Positions 12,454 through 33,228 of a stretch of 64,000 bases of DNA are shown in pieces. The translations under genes were made by a program, and so were the position numbers. Source of the DNA: Bugula neritina (taxonomy: Eukaryota > Animalia > Bryozoa); assembly GCA_964035545.1 (NCBI GenBank), contig OZ037767.1, positions 6,650,707 to 6,714,706 of the forward strand. The letters are read 5' to 3'. The stretch's first letter is position 1; the number at the start of each line of letters is the position of its first letter. The notes beneath the pieces were generated by a model, which saw nothing but the letters and a program-made list of their open reading frames with translations, made no database searches and was not told the origin of the DNA.

Positions 12454-15400
12454 TTAATCATTGAAGCGTTTGCTATAGTCTGCAAAATAAAAATAACTAT
12501 CAATTGTCTGCTATTATATTTAATTTGACATCCGCAAACTCTTTTCTGAAACTAAAAAAAAATAACATAAGGATAAAACTGCACATGTTGTTGCTACAGA
12601 TACCTTAATACATTTTTTTATTTTTATAACGTAGGTTTTTGTTTATTAATTTTCATCATGTTCTTTTTAAAGATCAATTAAAAAATCGTTGTCTTAATAG
12701 ATACTTCTTTTGAAAACCTATAACAGAATCGTTGAAATTAAAATTTTACACCACATAATCCAGAAACTTAAGCTAGCTTAATGGTTATCACACAATGCAG
12801 TGAGTTTTGTAACGTACTAATAGGCCTATATAGTTATAGTTATTCCAATTTTTAAAAATGTCAAATAAAGTTCGAAGTTGAAATCATAAAACATATTTGC
12901 AGTTTCTAATGAAATATTTTTTGAAATTCTTTTTTATCGATTATAGAGCTAAAGTTTTAAAACTAACAAATAAATTTTTCATACCTAGCATTTGCCTGAA
13001 TGCAGTCTTAAAAGCTTCATATGCGCAAGCTTATGAATTCCAACGCTGTAAAGCTACTTTATGTCAAACTTTATTATTTGTTTTGAAAATTTAGTATAGT
13101 TTCCTCTGAGTAACTCAGTTATGGCATACCACATACACTGCCTACAGTCCTACACTAGATAAATAACTGTTCTATTACTGCAAATTACTTCATATAGCCT
13201 GGCATCACTTACTTCTGATCTCTTCTGATTTTCCGGAACAATACTTTCCATTGCATGAAGGGAAAGGCCGAGAGCAAGTTCTTGTCCTCTTCTGGATGTC
13301 AGAGTTTTGTCTACCAAAGCTTGTCCATTGTGACCAGTATGACCATTGCCCATCAACTATTTGTAAATATAATTACTTTGCGTTACAAATAACAGTTTAT
13401 AACAAATATAATAATCATTCTAAATAGTATGTACTCAAGCCTTTACTACTCAAAGAGTGGCTGCATTATAACTATTATTCATAATTACCTTTGTTATTTC
13501 ATTACTTATTATGCAATGAATGCTATACAGACAAATTTGAGTTGGGTGTGGGAGTATAGGAAAAGGCAATATTAATTACAACCAAAGTTTGTCTTTTTTT
13601 ATCTATGACTAACGCTCAGTACAGATAAATTTGTGGTTTCAATTTGCATCAACTTATGGCTGTGGTTTCATCCAATGCAACTGTTTCCAAACATAGGATG
13701 GAAAATCCATTTACACAATGCGAACTTGGAAACTCAGTAATTGGTAAGTAAGTATCCTAATTATTTATTGGAGTGACTCCATTAATATGATTTTATAATT
13801 CTTTATGCAATATTCCAAATTAAACAACTTATTTGCAGTATTATTTTCTAAAAGTATTTATATAAACTGAATTATATAAGACGTCATTTATTTTCACATT
13901 ACCTGGACAGCAGCTCAAGTAACAAGCTCGTCTTTCAGATGCAGAACCTGTACAGCCTTGTTCATTCTGCCCTGTGGCACTGCATTGTCTGTCTCGGCTT
14001 TTTGTTCCAACTCCACAGCTCTGAGAGCAGCTGGTCCAAGTGCTCCACGTGCCCCAAGCCTGTTCTGCTGAGCAATGAAATATAATATCATCAGTAAAAT
14101 ACAATGAAGTGTCATTTAATAAGCAAATAATATAGATATAAACATTAAACAATGTTATGTTTCTTAGAATAAATACAATACTGAAATATATTATATATTA
14201 TAATATATATTATATTTCAGTATATTGTATTTATTCTAAGAAACATAATTTGTTATTTAATTTATTATACAACAGATGAGATCTTTTATCGTAATAGACA
14301 TATTTATCACGGCATATTGCAGTATAATATTAAGAGGTTGGGAAATATCAAAAATTAGGACATGAGTTTGCCTAGCATACACAATAATAGAAATAGTTAT
14401 TCATAAGGAGGTCAATCAGTAAAATTAGCTACCTTGAAACAGAATTCCTGAAGACTGGTATTCCACTGGGCGATAAACAATTGGGTCCTGTTGTCTGCCA
14501 ACTGAAACAGCTGGTTCATGTTGATTAGGTACTGCTGCATGATGAGATTTTGATGGTACGTGTTGAATAGTAGCTGGTACATGTTGAGTGGGTGCTGGTT
14601 CATGTTGAATAGAAGCTGGTACTTGTTGAATAGAAGCTGGTACATATTGAACAGAAGCTGGTACATGTTGAAAAGGAGCTGGTACATGTTGAATAGTAGC
14701 TGGTACATGTTGAGTGGGTGCTGGTTCATGTTGAATAGAAGCTGGTACTTGTTGAATAGAAGCTGGTACATATTGAACAGAAGCTGGTACGTGTTGAATA
14801 GTAGCTGGTACATGTTAAACAGGAGCTGCTACATGTTGAAAAGGAGCTGATACATGTTGAATGGAAGCTGGTGCATTGTGGATGAGAGCTGGTACACGTT
14901 GAAGGGGAGCTGGTACATGTTGAGTGGGTGCTGGTGCATGTTGAATGGGATATGGTATGCGTTGACGTGGAGCTGGTGCATTGTGGGTCAAAACCGGAGC
15001 ATGATAAACTGCCATTGGTTGTTTGCTATGAATTGGTTTTGTAGTATCTGCTGCAATATAACCTAAAGCAAAGACAAGCTAATTAAAACTTACTACTTTC
15101 GTTGCAATTATTAGCATGGCAAACATATAAATAATGCATGTATTTTAGCTTAGAATGACTGCTTCGGCATATTATAGGAAAAATTATAATTTTATTTTAT
15201 TGCTTTGTACTCCTAAATATGTCTCTCAAATTGATTTAAAAATATTTTTTATTAAACTTATCATTCAACCTAGATATAATCGCGTAGCATGTTAAAGTAA
15301 CATGTTTTATCTCTTCAACTTATGTTGATAGAAAAGCTAAACTACAAATATTTTAGCCCTGTAATGCCAAAAGCATACGCACTGATTAAAATACTTTACA

Positions 15401-16133
15401 ATATATATATTGATCTAATTTTTGTATAACAATCATTAGCACTTACCAATCACAGCCAGCAGTGTCAGCAACAAAAGTTTCTTTGAAACTAAAAATAAAA
15501 TAATATTGTGTAAAGAGTGAAAAATTTTAAATAATAGCAATAAAATAAAAATTGCAAAACTGAAATTATGGAAGTGTGAGAGATAAACATAGATAATGGA
15601 TGCTTTACAGATTTTATCTAACAAGTTTATCAAAAGATCCTTTTATCATTGTATAGGTACACATAAGGGTAATCTATAATGCATGGGTACTGTATTAGCA
15701 TTTGCTGTCTAAAATTGCGATAATTTTAAATTACTTTTAATTGTTTTTCAACTTTTTGCATTTAAGTATAAGTTTGGTATAAATGCAAAATAATGGTGAA
15801 GTAAATATACTATTTAGTATAGTAAAAACAATATTTCATAAATGAACGCATATGTCTAACATGTTTTCATGTAAAATAATTATCCCAGTTTACTACTTAT
15901 AAGCATGCATGTTTAGGTAGCACAAGGTTTAGTATAAGTACTAAGAAAACTAGAAAATTATTTATTGAAATATATATATGCACTGTATTGTAACTTAAAT
16001 ATGCAACATTTTATATAAATAAATAATTAAGTAATTATATAGATAAATAAATATATACATATACATATTATATATTAACTAAAATAATTCACAATATATA
16101 CACTTTGTTATATAATATCTACAACTTACACAT
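12454..16133 (-). CDS. Secreted protein: signal peptide + His/Pro/Gln heptad repeats + two thrombospondin type-1 repeats (336 codons), interrupted by one in-frame TAA; null allele or young pseudogene
   Basis: Exons 16133-16130, 15488-15447, 15062-14433, 14067-13903, 13356-13213, 12479-12454, all GT-AG phase 1; MFSKKLLLLTLLAVIGYIAA; WGTWSTWTSCSQSCG..RDRQC; VDGQWSYWSQW..RTRTC; TAA at 14817-14815; AATAAA at 12239-12234. Confidence 0.8.
14500..14990 (-). repeat. Coding 21-bp minisatellite (QHVPAxx heptads)
   Basis: Unit CAACATGTACCAGCTNCTNTT repeated >20 times, with longer internal duplications. Confidence 0.9.
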
Positions 16134-16159
16134 GTTGACTCTTGAATAGAAGTTCAGTT

Positions 16160-16193
16160 AATGATCTTGAAGTGACTTTTCCCTTCTTATATA
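16160..16193 (-). promoter_or_regulatory. TATA box + Initiator of the TSP1-domain gene
   Basis: TATATAA (16193-16187) lies 31 nt upstream of the A of TCATT (16162), about 30 nt before the ATG. Confidence 0.6.
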
Positions 16194-17189
16194 GCAGTCA
16201 AATGTTGAGGCACTTTAGCTTTCAGCTTTTGAGGCATGAATTTGTAATAATAAATGCCCCTCCTTCCAATATTATAAATAAATTATTGTTTGCCAATTAT
16301 AACATAATTTTATTGGAATGTTACACAGTTATATAAGCTATTTTTACAACTAGGCCAGTTAAAATCTAGCATAAGATAGGTTGTCTTCAGTAAGATCTGC
16401 TTATATAACATTTTGCAAGGCTGTATGTGAAATTCGAAATAAAACTAATTGCGGTATTTAATTAATTAGTAATTAACATTTGTTATTATTTATATTAGTT
16501 TTATTATAATAATTATTAGATTATAGTGTCTCCTTGTGTCATCTTGTTTATGTCAATTAAAATAACTGCAATTATTTCTTCATAAAGACAATAATTTAGA
16601 AAACTGTATACTATACCAGCTTGAAATTATAGTAGTTTTTCAAGAGTTATAGTACACAAAAAGTAGCGTACAAACCTGAAAACCATGAAACTTAGTTTTA
16701 TGTTATATTTTTTTAATTTAGTGTAGGACGCATTTAGATGAACATTCTAGTGTAAAAACATGCAGTGTGTCATATTAAACTGAACACAAGCAATGCTGCC
16801 AGATTGAAGCTAGAATTTACATAGCATCTACTATGACCTTGATGACAGAGTTCACAGGAACTGTTATTGCAAACAGAAGTACAAGTTTGCTTTGCATGCT
16901 CTGTGCTTCAAATAGCTGTATCACTGCAAACAGCTATAATATAGCCTGACATTTTATTTTCTACTTTTTCTATTCACCATCAACCTGATGTACCTAATGT
17001 TCCTAAATTATTATTCATAAGGTCAATTTATTTTAACTAATTGTATAAAGTTTTACTGATGGCTCTATAGTTACATAGCTAATTGTGCTACTATATAAAC
17101 ATAATTTTGACTTTACCTTAATCAAGTATATACTATAGTATTGATATGGTAAAGTTCAATTTATAGTTTGAATGTATTTCATCATGCAT

Positions 17190-17525
<336 letters not shown>

Positions 17526-19534
17526 GTATAATTAGACCTACATATAAAACAAATGTATACCTGTACGGCCTATGGTTCCCAGTCTTGTGTTTGGCAGGTA
17601 TGATGAGATATTGCCAAGGAAACTCATAATTATGTTAATCAGAATGTTTACATTTATTTGCCTTACCTAGCATCAATATATACTATAGCTGTATCAAGAA
17701 ACTAAATTTCAAGCTCTAAAGAGCATTTATTTATGTGTTTTTCAAAATATTACGCTTTAAATGACATTTCAACAATGCCTTTTTGAACTTTATTATCCTT
17801 TTACATACAATAAAGAATATTACACTTGTAAAATATATTTTGGCATTTAATTTTGTTATATTTTTATTTATTGCAAATATAATACTTTACAGCAAACACA
17901 GTGTTATAATATTTACTTTAATCACGAGTCAAACTCATCTAAAGATAGCAAAACTTTATAAAAATGTCTTTAAATTTAGGTAATTCAAATCAAATACTTT
18001 CCACCTGCATGTTGGCATGCTTACTAAAATGTTCATCTAAGGCAATGGATTAGAAAAAATGCCCTGAGTATAGTGCACAAGCACGCATTGCTTACATTAA
18101 ACTTATAAGGGAATTACTCATTAGTCTATACAAAGTGAGGCCAAATATAATGTTATTTGTTATCAACAGGTTCATGATTGTAAAGAATCAAATGCTATTT
18201 AAAAAGTAAGCGCCCTAAATCAAATAAACATTCTAATTCCTAATTGTTGTGACAATAAGCAACACACCCATTAAATATACTTTTAATATATTTTGCATGA
18301 ATTATCTTAATTTAATTAAAAGATATTATAGATTTGTAAATTATTGTAGTATTATAATTTATATATAAGAAGTTATATAAACTGGTTATATAAAAACCTG
18401 TTACATATCAACAAATATGTCGGCCTTTTAGTAATAGCGTTGAGAAGGAGAATAAGAAACATTTGAAAATATTCAGAAAGTCAAATATTGGGTAAATTTT
18501 CTCTATAATCATATAAGTATAAAATGATATAATTCAATAAATAACTTCAACTTTTACCCACATTTCTATATATTAAAAACACATAAACATGCAAAAATGC
18601 AACATCTGGAGATAGGAGAATATTGCACTTCAATTATAGCCATAATATTTATTACAAATAATTTCATTAAACATCTACTATAATGATAGCAAATATTGCC
18701 TGAATAAAAAAAAACAAGCAGGCGTAATGTTCGATATAAAATCCCTATTCAGCTGGGATCTTCAAATATAATTACTCTTGGTGAATTCTTGCAAAATACA
18801 TGAAAGCATGTCTATTGACAATGTAACAATTTTAGATATTTTTGGTAATAATTTATCCCTTAATAGTGTTGTAGTTTTGTGGACTACTACAGATGTGGTG
18901 TATTGTGTGCTTAACCGCTAGTTCATAGCCTGACTACAAGGTTCACAAAAAGAATTGAGAAGTTGTACATTTAGATGAACAATTGTAGTATTTGCATGTC
19001 TAATTACCAGAATTAAAGTACATAAAGTCAAAAGAACACATATAAGATCAGAATACAAAATTGGTTATGCTTATAGCACTACATTTACATGAAGAATGAA
19101 GCTGTGGCCGGAAGGCGCTTCTTGTAAAGGAGAAGTGTCATTTAATTGGCCGGTGTGTTCCAACAGTAAAGACCGCAGCAGCTGGTGTGGTACCCTGGGT
19201 CATCACCGCAAAAGTGTGACATTTTGCCATGTTAGCAGCTGAGCGTAGTGAAGAGAGTTATCACATCTTGGGCCATAATACAGTCACCCTCTCTATGCAA
19301 GTGTCTGTATAACTAATGACTGGGAAGCAATATGCACTCCCACAGCAATTACACGTGCAGCTAGTTCTTGCAGTATAAAAAGTAAATTGTTTTTAGATAT
19401 ATCAGCAAACTGGTGTATGTTAATCCTCATTGACTATACTCATGCATATATGAAGGAGGAATGGGAGTTGTTGAATTTAAGAAGTATAAAATGATAATAA
19501 ATCATTGGCGAAAAATCGGTCAAACGGAGACTAA

Positions 19535-19847
19535 CCCTCTAGAGCCTAGACACACTTTGTCGCACTGTAAATTGTAATGTAAAATGTCAGCCATTGTTAA
19601 TGTGTCTGGGCAGAAGTTCTCAAAATTTGCTATTGGGTACGATCTATGACACATCTCATTGGACATTTATATCCCATGAATTGACGCGAATGTCTTCCTG
19701 CACAATAGGAGCTCGCTGCAATTTTTTGAATGAAGCAGTGCTTGACTCTAACGTACCCCAATGCTGTACAGGAATTTCGGACACTTGCAAAAATAGCTGG
19801 CAATTTACATTACAGCCTATACAGTGCAACAAAATACGTCTAGGGGA
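19535..19847. mobile_element. MITE with long imperfect TIRs, possibly piggyBac-like
   Basis: CCTAGACACACTTTGTCGCACTGTAAATTGTAATGTAAA.. mirrors ..TTTACATTACAGCCTATACAGTGCAACAAAATACGTCTAGG; flanks CTAA / TTAA with CCC/GGG near the ends. Confidence 0.5.
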
Positions 19848-20070
19848 TTAACTATAGGCATGGTACAGAGTAGATCTAGAAATCGTATGGTGCGTCTAGG
19901 CTGTTGATATTCTAAACGTACACTTGAATATGAGACAAGCTGTCTGGCTAGTAAACTATTATATACTTCCGTGCTTTTTACAACTACTGTAGAAGCACAT
20001 TTTCTAGCACATGCTTCATGATGATAAACCTTTATATTTGATTGCTGCTCTTTTTCTTTACTTGAAAAAA

Positions 20071-20280
20071 CTCATGCAAGTTTATAGTCACTATCCCTGT
20101 GAGAAACCCCTGTTAGAAAGGGTTTTTGTTGAAGTGGCCTAAGGACTTATTTAAATGAGGCACAGGAGCAATTATGACTGAATGCTCTTCCTAACATCAC
20201 CAATAGCCTTTGTCTGGGCTCGAACCCATGACCTTCGTGTTTACTAGGCAAACGCTCTAACCCCTAGACCACGGCTGCTC
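20071..20280 (-). mobile_element. tRNA-Thr(AGT)-derived SINE (best copy)
   Basis: Head GCCGTGGTCTAGGGGTTAGAGCGTTTGCCTAGTAAACACGAAGGTCATGGGTTCGAGCCC has A/B boxes and a TAGTAAA loop; non-tRNA body; at least 6 copies in the window. Confidence 0.85.
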
Positions 20281-20600
20281 TTGAAAGTCATGATTAAAAG
20301 TTCTCAAACTTAAGCCGAATATTGTTAGAAATGGTTCAGCCTAGTCTGAGAAACAAAAGCATACTTTACATGAGTAGACAATTACCTACACAAGCAATGG
20401 CAAACATAATAAATGATTGAAAATATCATTCTTGTTTTCGTGAAACTTATTGCCTCAGTAATAATCAAATTGCATAAGGAGTATGATTTAAGCATGGTGA
20501 TACTGCTATTAACTAATCTTGCAGGTTTACATAGTAATAAAATTATAGTTAATTTTTTCATTTCACAACTGCGGCCAATTTATATATATTTATACACTGG

Positions 20601-20722
20601 GTGTGTGTGCGTGTGTGCGTGTGTGCGTGTGTGCGTGTGTGCGTGTGTGCGTGTGTGCGTGTGTGCGTGTGTGCGTGTGTGCGTACTCTGCGTACTGTGC
20701 ATACTGTGTGTGTGAGTGTGTG
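20601..20722. repeat. (GT)/(GTGC) compound microsatellite
   Basis: Direct repeat. Confidence 0.9.
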
Positions 20723-20723
20723 T

Positions 20724-21018
20724 ACTAGCTGTCCCGTTGCTACAACAGACGCTAATTTGTTTATTAAAACAACTTGAATTTGATTGAATTGTCAGTGAAT
20801 ATCTCAGTTTTCTACGTTAATCAATTAGACTGCAGTACAACATGGTAGGCTACTAGATCTACAAAAATGATTTTCTCTACTCGATAATCTTTTGTTCATT
20901 AAGATGTATTTCTTACAATAAGAATGTAGAGACGTAAAATGTTACTATACGATAAACATTAAATCAGAGTATATAGAGAAGCACTAATCAATAAATGTTC
21001 CTCACTATAGTATAGATA
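20724..21018 (+). mobile_element. Possible non-autonomous Helitron/Helentron-associated element
   Basis: Begins ACTAGCTGTCCCG, ends TATAGTATAGAT; resembles termini of invertebrate non-autonomous rolling-circle elements; no TSD seen. Confidence 0.3.
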
Positions 21019-21278
21019 GCAAACAACACTTGATACAGACAATACACTAAACCAAGTGTTATAATTGAGTTGCTTGCTCACATCATTAAGCATTAGAGTC
21101 TGAATAATATTTGCTCATTTTTGGCCTTTTTACACTAAACAATTTCTATTCAGTGTACAACTCTATATTATTCTTTTAAAGAATGGCACAAAAACATAAT
21201 CACCTAAAATACAATGATACTATAATTATGAACAATTCAGGGAGTAAATAAGCTTAATTACTAGTTTCAAATGCCGGC

Positions 21279-22536
21279 CTAATAGCCTTGAACTTCAACT
21301 TCATACAGGTTCAAGCATGTCTTAGCATTAAACAGAATCTGAACAAAACGGCCACTGATTGGTTGATCACATGTAATCAGAGTGTAGTATCTGTTGAGAT
21401 AACCATCAACATATTTACACAGAACTTCTTTGTTAGATCCAGTAAACTCAATATCTTCCTCTACCATAGCAACTGTTACTTCTGTGTTGATTGATCTCTG
21501 GCTGAGTTGTACGTCTAGAAGAAATACAATTTGTGTACTTATATGCTACTGATTGCTTTGCAATGCACATTTTGTTTGTGACATTAAGTTTTTATAATAA
21601 TGTACTTATGCTTTACTATAAAACAAGCTATCACAATATCAAAAATGTATACCATAATAAACAAAATGCTTTTAAATAATCTGGACGTTCAACGAAAAGT
21701 AGAGATTTAATAAAGATTGAGCTCTTAAGTTGCGTTTATACCTCTGCTAGAAAAAGTACCAGATTTCAATTAATATTACTCATCCAAGTACCCTTTTATA
21801 GTTTAGGCCTGGCCTCACGCTTCGTTGAGTTCACCCAACGAAGACGATTGACGAAAAATCACCATTAACGATAAACACCATTTGATCGGTCAATAGAATT
21901 TTAGCAACAGTAATTATTTCATTTCTACCACGTTTATCTGTTTGGCAATTTTCTGCTGTTTGTATCTCGTGCAAGACTCATTCACAGACTATTTATTATG
22001 TGTTTCGTCCGACAAGTGTGTGGCTAGTCATAACGAGAGGATGACTCACAAAAACAAATCCTCACACAAGTTTGAGCGTGAGGCCAGGCCAGGCCTACTA
22101 AAAGTCATTGAAATTATAGGGAAACTACTACAAATGTAAACATTGTGCAACTTGCTAAATTTACAGAAAACAGAGAAAAGTTAGCTCTCTTTAGAGTTTA
22201 TACTTTTTATATAGCCACATAACTTGGCACAGCAATTTGTTTTGTCTTTTTCAGACGAGAATGCACATGCTTTACTTAGAATGTTTTAAAATCTTTTAGA
22301 ATACAACTAATGCAATTGTTGCATAATTGGAAGAATTGAATTAAGTTATTGCAGTTATTTAATCGCATTATTTCTATATGTCATATGTATTTGCAGGGAT
22401 GACAATTTTACAATCTCAAAAGACTTTAGTACACGCTTTGTGGGCCATTTTAGCAGTGCATGAATCGTAGATAAGAATATGGTCTACACTTTGCACATTA
22501 ATCACCTGTGCGGACCTTCGAAAAGATAAAACCACA

Positions 22537-22591
<55 letters not shown>

Positions 22592-23698
22592 GAACAATAT
22601 TTTTGTTAGAAAGTTATTTGCATTATGTTATGTTGCATGTTACAATCAATTACAAAATTATAAGTACATAATGTAATATTTTTGCTAAACAAGTTCACCT
22701 ACTTTCAAACCTGTTCAGAATGTTGACAGCCCAGACACAGTGCACATCTCCCAGGTCTACTCTCCACCATGGTCTATTCTCCTCATCACTGTGCGCCATA
22801 GAACTGTATTCCCCTTCTGTTGGTTCATAAATTCCATCAACAGCCTTAGCTGCTGTATAGGTATAAAGTCCTTCAGTATTAACATGAACAGATGACTGCT
22901 TTGCTGATTTATCTGCAAAATTTGCAAAAACTTTTTTCGGTTCAGCATTTTTTAAAAGGAAAAAAAATTGACGAATAATTATTATATAAACGTTTTTTTC
23001 AAGATCCTATGCCTTGCAATAACTTGCTATAATTATATTGATTTCACAACCATTTTTATGCTATTTTACTAAAAATTTGCAATAAAAAAGAATATTAAAA
23101 TTAAATGATAAAAATTTAAGTAAATATGAAGAGTTATACTCACTCCTAGCCAGTGCTTTTCCAAAAGTTTTTCTAACATCTGCTTTGATGTAGAAACCAA
23201 AAACATAGCTATTTCCTTCAAAATAAAAGTTAGGGTTAACACATGTTATAATAGCGCACTTCTTGGTTCGCCAATCATATGTGAATGCATTGCATTCCTC
23301 TCTTCCCATGCAATCAAAACCGCAGTAACTGGTGGAGATGGCTGTCCATGCAGAGTCATGTTGGGAAATGTTGGAGAAAGATTCTGGCATGACATAACTC
23401 TTGTAGAGGACAGCCTGGTAACCATACACAGCCAGGGCTGCAATTTCTACAATCAGTACTGCAAAAAAAAAACAAAAAATGCGTCGAAAAAAAACTTTGA
23501 ACTACTTCAAATTCTTAACCAAAGATTACTTTTTATTACTGTAGTTTCAAATTGATAAAAAAAACTCTTTACAATAAATAAAAGATTATACTTTGGTGGT
23601 AGAATAATTCATGCTGTGAATATATTTTTATTTATTGTAACTATAGCAAATTTATTTTTCAGATAGAATTTTCCTAAAATTGTATATTATATATATAT

Positions 23699-23763
<65 letters not shown>

Positions 23764-23898
23764 CATTAAAATATTATATAATAATCATTTATAATATATC
23801 ATTTATAATGTGAGATTAATTTATTAGAGCATTTATACATAATGTAATTTACAAGCTTCCAACTTACAAAATCTGCAGGTCACGAATCTGCTAGTCAT
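21279..23898 (-). CDS. Secreted PAN/Apple + F-type lectin (fucolectin-like) domain protein, ~263 aa
   Basis: Exons 23898-23868, 23458-23144, 22912-22703, 21514-21279, all phase 1 and open; signal peptide; CGFDCMGREECNAFTY..C; LARNKSAKQSS, AKAVDG, AHS, PWWRVDLG, GRFVQI, LNLYEVEV. Confidence 0.85.
21806..22095. mobile_element. MITE in lectin intron 3
   Basis: TIRs GGCCTGGCCTCACGCT / AGCGTGAGGCCAGGCC(AGGCC), flanked by TA on both sides. Confidence 0.7.
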
Positions 23899-24516
23899 GT
23901 TCTTAAGGTTTCTGCCAGCCGAATAACTTCTAGCAATGTGTTGTCAAAGTAAACTGTTTTCTACATCATACGTGTCACAATTAAACAACATTTTGTTTGA
24001 TATTTTGTGAAGTACCTTATTGCGTGAATGGTGATTTGATAACATATTGACTAAACTCACACAGGTATAGTTGGATCAAAACAAAGCCGATTTTCTTCAA
24101 GTACTTGAGTGGCTTTAAACTATTGGTAATGTTTGCAAATCAATTTCTTGAACAAACGAAAAAAAATATGCAATCTTACAGTGTAAAATGCTATTTTTAT
24201 TTTAATACAGTCAGCCGTCAGGCATGTTAAGCAACACGTTATACATTTATATATAACATAAAATTCTTTAATCTATAGTGTGTTGAACTTTACTCATATA
24301 TGCATCGAATTTGTAAAGTTCTATAAACAGATTTAAATTCTGTTTTAAGATATGATATTCAAAAATCATAAAAATAAAAGACTTACATTTACAAATATAT
24401 CTATTTTTTACCTAAAATTGTAGTTGATAAAAAAGTGCTCTTTTTCAGCCATGCATCGAAAAATTTCTTTTCCATTTCAATTTGGAGGTTATGTAAGAAC
24501 ATTCAAGCAAGCTTAT

Positions 24517-25074
<558 letters not shown>

Positions 25075-25750
25075 CAAACAATACAACAACCTGTAATAAG
25101 TTTGAGCAAAGCCCACCTCCCAATTAAAGCACATGATATTGAGTGTCAATGGGATATTTGTAAGAATTTAAGTTTAGTTCAATGTCACTTTAGGAACAGA
25201 CTATCAGTCTATGTAAAATGTAATCAATACTTGGTATAAAGTTTAACATCTGTCAGGTATTGTAATAAACTTCATGGTTGTCTACTTGAGATGTTTGGAT
25301 GTCACATTGTATTTTGATCAACTGTATTACTGCTATTTTAAAATATTCATTTTTGTTTTATTATCTATACATTTATTGGTTTTTGTATTAAGTTTAGGTC
25401 ATTTGGAAATGCGTCATGTAGTATGTTGTATTACTTGTCAATTGGACAACATAAATATAAATTATTGTTGGTATAATATACCAAAGATGTTGTGTTTTAA
25501 CTGCTATATGAATTCATTCTTCTCAGAAAATAATTACTATTAATAAAAGTATCATTCGTAGCAAGTCTCTTGTCTTGTCTTATACTCTATTTAATTAATT
25601 ATAAGCCCTGAATGAAAACTACAAAGGTTCCGCAGGGAAGCATTATATACATATGCACAAATTTTAAGTATTTAAATTGATTGTTTAAATAATACAATCA
25701 TATTGCATAGTATATTTAATGATAATGCAACATAACTATATAAACACACA

Positions 25751-25791
<41 letters not shown>

Positions 25792-27194
25792 ACATAATAC
25801 ATATATTTACAATTAAGAGTTGTGTCTTCTTAACGCAGGAATAGCTAACGCTATGAGCTTTACATACTTGTTTAATTATCTTAATCAAGCAAGCTAGATA
25901 GTAGCGGTTACTGTGGGAAATGATGAGAATGCATTTCTAATAAAAGTATATTGGCTTTGCCTTTAATAACATAAAGCTAACCATATTCTAAAAGGTTATA
26001 ATGGAAGCACAGCACAACTATAGTCAATAACTGTTCCAGGAAAAACTGTATAAATACATGCAAGAAAAATATAACCGAACTAAGAATTTTAAGTAAAAAT
26101 CCTCTCAAGTGCTGAAAGTTGATTGATGTATCCCAGTTAAATTTACTTTACGTTAGTGGTTATAAATATTACAGTGCCTGACAATAAGGCTGTTTTGCAT
26201 AATTAGTTGAAAAAATGTTGCCAAATACATAATGATTAAATTGAAATGTTTTATGCCAGTTTAAACCTTATTTTAAGAACTTCATAGTTCAACTTATAGC
26301 ACAGTATTACTAGAAACTGGTACTGGTGCGAACTAGTGACCTGTCACCTGCTGTACAGTGAGAAGTAGAAAAATGTTATCCTATTATAATCCTGCATTAA
26401 TATTGTATGACATCTTTTTGACTGATATTTGATTGATTGTATTTAAATGATGATAAAACGTGAGTGTGACCAGCCTGAGTGGTTATATATATGGGTAACT
26501 TTCACGTGCAGTTTCATTGTTTTTTATAGCCAGAATAATTGCAATTAGAATCTGAACCTTTAATTTTAAGTAAACAGTCTCTACTATAGAGTATTTTCTT
26601 TGCTCTCACCAATTGCTACCTGGAAAGAGATCTCTTACTGTTATTAAGATACAATGCTAAGGAATTAGCTCAGAGTAAGTATGACTTACATGTTACCCTA
26701 TTTGCTAAAAAGAGAGAGTAGCCTATAGTGATGCTTGAGTGGGTGTCAAACCTGGTGCATTTATGGAGGTTCAGTAATTTCTAGTAAAATATATATTACT
26801 CACTATTTATTTTAAACTGTTTCAGTGTTTCAAAACCATGTTGTCAGATTAAATTCAGAAAAAGACTATATATAGCTTCTGTCAACACGATAAACTGTAC
26901 TCACTTAATTTTTTGTTGACAACACACTTTATGTTATGTCATCAAGAATATGTGTACACAATTAAATGCTATAAAAAACATGGTGTTGATTTCCATACTC
27001 GAAATATCACATGTAGGTCATGAAAATTTTATTATATATAAAGTTTAGCAACTGCTTACTTAACCTATTAGCTTATATAGCAATTATTCAAACACGAGGT
27101 AAAGTTAAAATAGTTTCTTATTTTGCCTTACTTTTGCAGCACTACTCATTTTATAGTTTCAGAATAATTCTAGTATTCAGTCAGCTGTTCAATT

Positions 27195-33228
<6,034 letters not shown>

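Noticed and set aside
14412-14850. MYQLLFN and antisense MLNRSWY repeat ORFs
   Set aside because: Alternative frames of the 21-bp repeat; only the QHVPA frame fits the splice phases
20205-20280. tRNA-Thr gene
   Set aside because: Stems are disrupted and the head is fused to a common body in several dispersed copies; it is a SINE head
22505-22516. Micro-exon in lectin intron 3
   Set aside because: The 10-nt length is incompatible with the flanking phases
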